15,827 nucleotides of DNA from Octopus sinensis. Taxonomy: Eukaryota. The translations under genes were made by a program, and so were the position numbers. Of this stretch, positions 9,325 to 15,827 are shown in pieces. The stretch spans positions 1 to 15,827 of the forward strand of contig NW_021825420.1 in the NCBI RefSeq assembly GCF_006345805.1. Direction: 5' to 3'. A model generated the notes under the pieces. It saw nothing but the letters and a program-made list of their open reading frames with translations, was not told the DNA's origin and made no database searches. Numbering within the stretch: the stretch's first letter is position 1; the number at the start of each line of letters is the position of its first letter.

Positions 9325-9880
9325 TGCAGGTCATGACAGTTGCTTCATCTTGTTGGGTGACAGCTGTCTCGTTATTCAATGCTCAGTCAATCTCCTTTCA
9401 CGACTGCACACATATGTTCCAAGATAAGACTCATGAAATTAGGTGATCTCTTTACAATGTTTACAGAAAATATGTCTGACAGAACTCAGCATATCAATCA
9501 TAATTTGCACTAGCTTCAGTAAATATTATATCACGATGGCTTGTATACATAGATACACCAGGCAATGTCTATAGACATTTCGAATAGTAAATGGTAAACT
9601 GTCTGTCAGGTTTACAGAAGATGTGGGTTCGAGTAGTACGGGTAGCCTTAAACTATTTTTATGCAATAGGGTTTTTAAACTAATGTTTACATGCAATTAA
9701 TTATTGGATTATCTAGTATTCTACACTTAAAAACAAATTATTTCATGTTCTCTCGACGTTTCTAAACTTTTATCCCGAGGGGATGGCATTACTCCTGTAC
9801 ACGTCCACTTGTGCTGTGATCATGTTTATCTTGAAGATTTCTCCATTTGCTTACTGCGCTATCTTTTCCCAAATAAGTAC

Positions 9881-10006
9881 GTGTGCGTGTGTGTGTGTGT
9901 ACATATATGTATATATATATAATATATGTATGTATATATATGTAGATAATATGCATATACATATATTATATACATTATATATCATTATATATATATATAT
10001 ATATAT

Positions 10007-10037
<31 letters not shown>

Positions 10038-10060
10038 CTATATATATATTTATATATATA

Positions 10061-10100
<40 letters not shown>
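9881..10100. repeat. (GT)n/(TA)n microsatellite
   Basis: Direct runs. Confidence 0.95.
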
Positions 10101-10102
<2 letters not shown>

Positions 10103-10165
10103 ATCTTTATATCCCATTTAATGTGAATGTCTTGTCAAAACACAGAAAACTGGATTATCAGACAT

Positions 10166-10312
10166 GAGACGTCCTTTCATATAGGTGTTTGGTGCATAAA
10201 AACACACAGAGAACGTAGCAGACAAAATTTGTTTGGCACGGGCGCTAGAATTCCGTTTGCTAAGATATATGTCTCTGCTTATATGCACCAAGCGCCTATA
10301 TGAGACGATCTC
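10166..10312. other. Extended imperfect fold-back (22-bp core stem plus inner and outer helices)
   Basis: TCATATAGGTGTTTGGTGCATA (10177-10198) pairs with TATGCACCAAGCGCCTATATGA (10282-10303): 20 Watson-Crick + 2 G.U. Also CAGAGA:TCTCTG, TAGCAGAC:GTTTGCTA, CGTC:GACG and GAGA:TCTC. Confidence 0.85.
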
Positions 10313-10335
10313 TCAAGGCTAATAATGCTGTAGCT

Positions 10336-10454
10336 GGCCAAACTTGTCACATCATTCATGTGCCACACAGAATTTCCCTGAGAACTACGTTAAAGGTATG
10401 TGGAGTACTAAGCCACTTGCACGTTGATTTCATGAGCAGGGTGTTCCGTTGATC
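10336..10454 (+). mobile_element. Diverged internal/3' fragment of SINE family C
   Basis: CCTGAGAACTACGTTAAAGG..TGTGGAGTACTAAGCCACTTGCACGTTGATTTCATGAGCAGGGTGTTCCGTTGATC aligns with ~5883-6008. Confidence 0.8.
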
Positions 10455-10464
10455 ATATATATAT

Positions 10465-10655
10465 ATGTTAGACGCCATGATAGATCGTTAGCCACTACAC
10501 ACATTTTTTTCTCTCCTTGTTTTTTCTGTGTCCCTTTCTGTAGAAGAGCGTAGGCTCGAAACGTCAAAGACGTTTTCTTTTCCTGAGCGTTATACTAATA
10601 CATCTGTTTGTTTTGTACACCACCCGTTTTCGTCTTTTGCTTTTTTTCGTAAACT
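10465..10655 (+). mobile_element. Small (TA)n-flanked repeat, copy 2, carrying a hammerhead-like motif
   Basis: Homologous to 8295-8449; flanked by (TA)n on the left and (CT)n(TA)n on the right. Boundaries are approximate. Confidence 0.7.
10530..10571 (+). ncRNA. Minimal type-I hammerhead-ribozyme-like motif with variant core
   Basis: CTTT (10534-37) / CTGTAGA (10538-44) / A / GAGC-GTAG-GCTC (10546-57) / GAAAC (10558-62) / GTC (10563-65) / AAAG (10566-69). Stem III is reduced to palindromic ACGT, as in dimer-type hammerheads described for Penelope-like elements. Confidence 0.6.
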
Positions 10656-10680
10656 CTCTCTCTCTCTCTCTCTCTCTCTC

Positions 10681-10712
<32 letters not shown>

Positions 10713-10718
10713 GTATAT
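10654..10718. repeat. (CT)n followed by (TA)n
   Basis: Direct runs. Confidence 0.95.
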
Positions 10719-10958
10719 ACAGGATGCAAATGGGTAAATTGTCGCCATTTTATATTTTTAATTTCGTGTATGCGGATTGTTTGTTTTTGATTTTATCGAC
10801 TACACAGTATAGTAGGGTCAGTCAGTTGGGCACTGTCTTTGAGAAAAAAACAGCACCATGCCGCATTTCACTCTGCCAGAAATTTAGAAACGACATGCTG
10901 TATTGCTTGGCATTCGCGCCAGAAGCTCCAATACGAACATTTCAGAGGGTTTCGGTGT

Positions 10959-11045
10959 CGAGTGATAAAAATCAAACATTCAGTCAACATCGTGGTGTTT
11001 GGAGTGATCACTAGTAATGACGACGTTATACCTCCATTCATCTTC
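10959..11045 (+). pseudogene. Remnant of a Tc1/mariner-superfamily transposase catalytic domain (maT/DD37D-like from recall)
   Basis: Translates RVIKIKHSVNIVVFGVITSNDDVIPPFIF, matching the K-H-P-x-x-x-M-V-(F/W)-G-x-I-T-x-x-G-x-x-x-P-x-x-F segment that follows the first catalytic Asp. Truncated on the right just before a GATA array; upstream similarity is weak. Confidence 0.75.
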
Positions 11046-11065
11046 CTATCTTATCTTTTTGGGGA

Positions 11066-11097
11066 TAAGATAGATCGATAGATAGATAGATAGATAT

Positions 11098-11157
<60 letters not shown>

Positions 11158-11302
11158 GATAGATAGATACGCAGGCACAGATTGACTGATAGACAGATAG
11201 ATAAATAGACAGACAGACAGTCAGTCAGTCAGACAGACAGACAGGCAGACAAACAGACGGGCAGTCAGACAGACTGACAGGCAGACTGACAGGTAGACAG
11301 GC

Positions 11303-11377
<75 letters not shown>
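11066..11377. repeat. (GATA)n/(GACA)n/(GA)n compound microsatellite
   Basis: Direct runs with GACA/GTCA variants. Confidence 0.95.
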
Positions 11378-11749
11378 TATGCATACGTATATGTGTGTGT
11401 GAATGCATCTATCTATGCAAGTTAGTATTGAGTATGTATGTGTGCTTGTGTTGGTATGTGTACATATGTCTACTCACGTACACAGTTGCGCATGACCATG
11501 AAATATCATTACGGTCGCCTGTCTGCGACATTGTTTTAAACCAATAAAACATAAACAACAATCTAATTTATGTGAGAAACGATAAAAAAATAAATCCTTG
11601 CCTCACATATACATGCTTCCGTGTTTGTGCGCCTCTAGGTCTCAATACACAAACATGTGCGACTAATGCGTACTGGTGCAAAAGTGCTTCTGCATATATG
11701 CATTTGAATGTGCAGTTTATGATTCGATGTATACAAGTCGATGTATATA

Positions 11750-12427
11750 GGCGCAGGAGTGGCTGTGTGGTAAGTAGCTTGTTTACCGACCACATGGTTC
11801 CGGGTTCAGTCCCACTGCGTGGCACCTTGGACAAGTGTCTTCTACTATAGCCTCGGGCCGACCAAAGCATTGTGAGTGGATTTGGTAGACGGAAACTGAA
11901 AGAAGCCTGTCGTATATATATATATATATATATATTTCTTTACTACCCACAAGGGGCTAAACACAGAGGGGACAAACAAGGACAGACAAAGGGATTAAGT
12001 CGATTACATCGACCCCAGTGCGTAAACTGGTACTTAATTATCGACCCCGAAAGGATGAAAGGTAAAGTCGACCTCGGCGGAATTTGAACTCGGAAACGCG
12101 TAACGACAGACGAATACGGCTACGCAGGTCGTCCGGCGTGCTAACGTTTTCTGCCAGCTCGCCGCTTTTTATATATATATATGTATGTGTATGTGTATGT
12201 GTGTCTGTGTTTGTTCCCCCTAGCATTGCTTGACAACCGATGCTGTGGTGTGTTTATGTCCCCCGTTACTTAGCGGTTCGGCAAAAGAGACCGATAGATA
12301 GAATAAGTACTGGGCTTACAAAAGAATAAGTCCCGGGATCGAGTTGCTCGATTAAAGGTGGTGCTCCAGCATGGCCGCAGTCAAATGACTGATGAAACAA
12401 GTAAAAGAGTAAAGAGTAAAAGAGTAA
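11750..12427 (+). mobile_element. tRNA-derived CORE-like SINE, family B, full length, interrupted by a nested family A copy
   Basis: A-box TGGCTGTGTGG (11760-70); B-box-like GGTTCAGTCCC (11803-13); MIR/CORE-like GGCACCTTGGACAAGTGTCTT..AGCCTC (11821-54); internal (TA)n/(GT)n; 3' body ~12200-12400; (AAAAGAGT)n tail. Other copies at 3467, 8571, 13312 and 15192. Confidence 0.88.
11935..12165 (-). mobile_element. SINE family A (variant A1) nested in the internal (TA)n of a family B SINE
   Basis: Closely matches 2904-3132 end to end; (TA)n on both sides. Confidence 0.92.
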
Positions 12428-12544
12428 GTCGTATGTATGCGTCTTATATGTGCTTATCCATGTACGTATGAAAGCATCTGTGTTTTGTTTATATATGAAC
12501 GGCTTGCCTTGTAATGTTTTTATTATAAATATTATCTCATATTT

Positions 12545-12634
12545 GTGTTTACATAGTTATAGTACGTTATATTGTTTACGTATGTCTAGGTGTATGTGTT
12601 CTCGGCCGTCTGTGTTGGTTTGCACCGGTGCACG
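12545..12634 (+). repeat. 90-bp dispersed duplication, copy 1
   Basis: Ungapped 77/90 identity (manual count) to 13586-13675. Confidence 0.85.
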
Positions 12635-12873
12635 TGCCTGCATGTACATATGTGTAAATAAATTCTAAGTCTGCTTTCGAAAACGCCGCGCTTCCACAGA
12701 GAAACATCAGCTAAAGGACATCCATGATTTTCATCTTATAATGATACACGCGAAATTCTGTCTGCTCAGGATTCTTGTGCCTCAGTCTATATTTTCTCTG
12801 CGTAGACATGCTATAGCTTTCGGGAATCAGGATGAACCTACATCTGCTGTGAATCTGCCCTTTATTCGGTTCT

Positions 12874-12912
12874 TGGAGATTTAAAAGCATTTGGGTTGCT
12901 ATTTCTAACAGG
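12874..12912 (-). mobile_element. Short degenerate copy of repeat E core
   Basis: Reverse complement ACCTGTTAGAAATAGCAACCCAAATGCTTTTAAATCTCC resembles the E core. Confidence 0.45.
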
Positions 12913-13311
12913 TAAAGCTTGGCTGATTCATGCCATCTTAGTTGGCGTTTGTTATATGACACCAGAAATCAAGAGAAGATAAGTGACATTCGTTTCGTTA
13001 ATTTTACGTCGAGATTAGAACTTTGGGACAAATTGACCAACAATTGGAATTCAATTTGGAACTGGAACAATAGAATAATCGCATTACAGAATTAATTCTC
13101 ATCTGTCCTTAACCTTTGATCAAACACCACTGGGGCATATAGTCATTATAGACGTATTATAATCATTCTATTTAACTCTCATTAGTTTTGGGCCGCAGTC
13201 CCAATCAGCCCTCCGCAGGATCTAGCATAAAAGTCCACACGGAGTGCGGCTTTTAAGCCAATCGTTACTAAAACATATGATAAGGGAACTAACTCAAGTA
13301 AACCAATGGTA

Positions 13312-13586
13312 AGAATGGCTGCATCGTAAGAAGTTTGCTTCCCAATCTGACCCACTGCATGACACCTTGGGCAAGTATCTTCTACTCTAGCCACGGGCTG
13401 GCCAAAGCCTTTTGAGTGGATTTGGTAGGCAGAAACTAAAGGAAGCCTGTCGTATAGGGATTCGTGTGTAAGTGTATGTGTACGTGTGCGTGTGTATGTG
13501 TGTGTATCTTTGTGTCTGTGTTTGTCCACCACCTTCACTAGACAACCGGCGTTAATGTATTTACATCCCCATAACTTAGCGGTTCG
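13312..13586 (+). mobile_element. SINE family B, diverged, internally deleted head and 3'-truncated
   Basis: TGGCTGCATCGTAAGAAGTTTGCTTCCCAA..CCCACTGCATGACACCTTGGGCAAGTATCTTCTAC..GAGTGGATTTGGTAG..GAAGCCTGTCGTATA, then GT repeat, then ..AACTTAGCGGTTCG. Confidence 0.85.
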
Positions 13587-13675
13587 TGTTTACATAGTTA
13601 TAGTATGTTACATTGTTTACGTATGTGTGTGTGTATGTGCTCTCGCCCGTTTCAGTTGGTCTGCGCCGATGCACG
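13586..13675 (+). repeat. 90-bp dispersed duplication, copy 2
   Basis: See 12545-12634; begins exactly where the family B copy is truncated. Confidence 0.85.
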
Positions 13676-13712
13676 CTCGTTTTATTTCTAGTGCTAGTTC
13701 CATTAAGCTCCT

Positions 13713-13750
13713 CTGTGTGTGTGTATGTGTGTGTGTGTGCATGTTTGTAT

Positions 13751-13783
<33 letters not shown>

Positions 13784-13966
13784 CATGTATGCATATGTGC
13801 AATGTATGTATCTATTTATATCGATAGACAGCTAGATATACATTATATACATACACACAGACACATACACACACACTCATACATACATACACACTCATAC
13901 ATACATACATACATACATAATACATACATACATACATACATACATACATACATACATACATACATA
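13713..13966. repeat. (GT)n and (TACA)n microsatellites
   Basis: Direct runs. Confidence 0.92.
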
Positions 13967-14537
13967 ATTTTCGGTCTTTTCTTGTGTTATTGCCATTCTC
14001 AAATCTGCCAAATTTCCTTTCCTCCTTGACTCTGCTGCAGCTAACAAGTGAAAGACAAGCTGTAGACTAGTTACCAATTCTACAGACCTAATAAAGCTGC
14101 AGAACTTGATAGTTTCTATTGACCAATTCCACAGCAAGTCTTTGTATTATCAAATGTAAACCACTTCTGATCTCTTGTGAAAGAAAAAGCCAATAGTATC
14201 TTGTCAATAAGAGTCTAGTGAAAGAAGCACTTTGGATATTGGTAAGAATTGTAGCAGACTTAGGAATGTCAGGAATGTACCCTTAAGACAACCCTCCAGC
14301 CATTACCAAACACTAATATTATCACTAGCATTATCGGCAACATTGACATCACTAACAGCGTTTGATTAACATTGACACCAGCATAAGAAATATTAAGCAA
14401 ACTGATTGCAAAAACGTCGATGTTTTGGTCATTTACTAAACTGTATTTAGCGATAAGCAATTAAATAGATTAGTAATTGCTCGAAGGATGAAATAATGTA
14501 ATCAATAACTAAATGGACAAGGGGTGTGTGGTGTGGT

Positions 14538-14625
14538 GGGTTTCGAGTTTGGGGTTTGGGGTTTGGGGTTTTAGACTTTTAGCTTAAGGGTCGAGTCTTG
14601 GGGTGAGGGGTGGGGTGGGGTGGGG
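14538..14625 (+). other. Two adjacent G-quadruplex-forming sequence motifs
   Basis: GGG-N10-GGGG-TTT-GGGGG-TTT-GGGG (14538-14569) and five GGGG runs with 1-3 nt loops (14600-14625). Confidence 0.75.
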
Positions 14626-14648
14626 TATGAATCATATAAGTGAATCTT

Positions 14649-14707
14649 CAACAAACTCTATCAGAAGAAATAAAAAAGAGAGGATGGAATTGTCGGACAC
14701 GTCGCGC
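14649..14707 (+). pseudogene. Very short remnant of an RTE-clade LINE ORF (post-RT W.WIGH motif)
   Basis: CAA CAA ACT CTA TCA GAA GAA ATA AAA AAG AGA GGA TGG AAT TG/TC GGA CAC GTC = QQTLSEEIKKRGWN, then after a 2-nt frameshift GHV; resembles the E-E-I-R-K-R-R-W-x-W-I-G-H motif of RTE elements. Confidence 0.45.
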
Positions 14708-14798
14708 ACTAAAATCAGTTAATTATGCATGAGTGAAATATTTAGATTTGCAGAAGCAAGATAATCACAACAACAACAACAACAACAATAATAATGAT

Positions 14799-15011
14799 GA
14801 TTTCAAATTTTTGGCACAAGGCCAGCAATTTCGGAGGTGGAGCCTAAAAGTCGATAGCATCAACTTTAGTGCTCAACTGCTATTCATTTTAACGACCATG
14901 AAGGAATGAAAGACAAAGTCGACCTCGGCGGCATTTGAACTCAGAACGTAAAGACGGACGAAATGCTGCTAAGCATTTTGTCAAACGCGTTAACGGTTCT
15001 GCGAGCTTACC
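14799..15011 (-). mobile_element. SINE family A (variant A2), diverged, with (ATT/GTT)n tail at ~14768-14798
   Basis: AAAGTCGACCTCGGCGGCATTTGAACTCAGAACGTAAAGACGGACGAAATG matches family A; the 3' end matches 6361-6394. Confidence 0.88.
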
Positions 15012-15020
15012 AATTTAATA

Positions 15021-15185
15021 GTACGTACGTACATACAAACATACATACATAATGCATACATACATATGTGTATGCATACATACATACATCCTTACATACA
15101 TACATACACATACATATATATATACATATATACATACATACATACATACACATATACATATCTATATCTATCTATATATATATAT
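15021..15185. repeat. (TACA)n/(TA)n microsatellite
   Basis: Direct runs. Confidence 0.92.
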
Positions 15186-15191
15186 GATAGA

Positions 15192-15327
15192 GGCAGGTGT
15201 GGCTGTGTGGTAAGTAGCTTGCTTACCAACCACATGGTTCCACTTGGCCAAGTGTCTTCTATAGCCTCGGGCCGACTAAAGGATTTAATAAGCGGAAATT
15301 GAAAGAAGCCCGTCATATATATGTATG

Positions 15328-15369
<42 letters not shown>

Positions 15370-15546
15370 ACCGACTAGACCATCAGATGTTGTTACACAT
15401 CGCTGGTCACAATGCGTTCGTGATGACGCCACCATAGCTTGACAACTGGTGCTAGTGTATTTACGTGCCCGTAACTTAGCGGTTCCGCAACAGAGACCGA
15501 TAGAATAAGTACTAGGCTTCCAAAGAATAAGTCCTGGGGTCGATTT
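15192..15546 (+). mobile_element. SINE family B with B-box deleted, module F inside the internal (TA)n, and 3' end truncated
   Basis: Head GGCAGGTGTGGCTGTGTGGTAAGTAGCTTG matches 11750 on; the segment CGGGTTCAGTCC.. is missing at ~15240; (TA)n 15315-15362; module F 15363-15433; body to GGGGTCGATTT (15546). Confidence 0.85.
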
Positions 15547-15554
15547 CACCAACA

Positions 15555-15719
15555 GTGGTGAAAGAGTACAGCAGGGATCACCACCCCCTGCAGGAGCCTC
15601 GTGGAGCTTTTTAGGTGTTTTCGCTCAATAAACACTCACAACGCCCGGCCTGGGAATCGAAACCGCGATCCTACGACCGCGAGTCCGCTGCCCTAACCAC
15701 TGGGCCGTTGCGCCTCCAC
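15555..15719 (-). mobile_element. SINE family C, 5' part, young and CpG-intact
   Basis: Reverse complement GTGGAGGCGCAACGGCCCAGTGGTTAGGGCAGCGGACTCGCGGTCGTAGGATCGCGGTTTCGATTCCC.. is near-identical to 5682-5832. Confidence 0.9.
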
Positions 15720-15729
15720 TTTTATATAT

Positions 15730-15827
15730 GGCTCATTGGTTAGAGCGTCGAGCTTACGATCGTGAGGTTGTGAGCTCGAATCCCGGACCGGGCTGCGTGT
15801 TGTGTTCTCGAGCAAGACACTTTATTT
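15730..15827 (+). mobile_element. tRNA-derived SINE, family D, 5' part (runs off the window)
   Basis: GGCTCATTGGTTAGAGC (A-box-like), GAGCTCGAATCCC (B-box-like, 15772-84), then TGTGTTCTCGAGCAAGACACTT (CORE-like central motif). Confidence 0.8.

Noticed and set aside
9564-9579. Perfect 16-bp palindrome AATGTCTATAGACATT
   Set aside because: Eight pairs in AT-rich DNA is expected roughly once by chance in a window this size.
9790-9880. MADF/Myb-SANT-like words WEKIA and KWRNLQD on the minus strand
   Set aside because: They are in different frames and only a few residues apart instead of about 12; likely coincidence.
14545-14590. Interstitial telomeric repeat
   Set aside because: TTTGGGG units do not match metazoan TTAGGG and only three are present.

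Overview
Eukaryotic, repeat-saturated non-coding DNA (intergenic or intronic). The SINE repertoire and microsatellite density match what I recall of Octopus (coleoid cephalopod) genomes; this is recall, not a database result. No protein-coding gene is supported, and nearly all listed ORFs are translated microsatellites. The window contains: at least four tRNA-derived SINE families (labelled A-D here, about a dozen copies or fragments, some nested or chimeric); an old dispersed repeat (E); a 226-bp Tc1-type non-autonomous DNA transposon with a TA target duplication; a short decayed Tc1/mariner (maT-like) transposase fragment; and a probable RTE-LINE ORF remnant. The most interesting signals are (i) two copies of a small (TA)n-flanked element carrying a minimal type-I hammerhead-ribozyme-like motif of the Penelope-element kind, both with the same non-canonical core (G-U-N-G-A instead of G-A-N-G-A), (ii) a ~147-nt fold-back whose 22-bp core stem is fully paired as RNA, and (iii) a perfect 17-bp hairpin next to the Tc1 element. 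All alignments and coordinates were done by eye; repeat boundaries are approximate.
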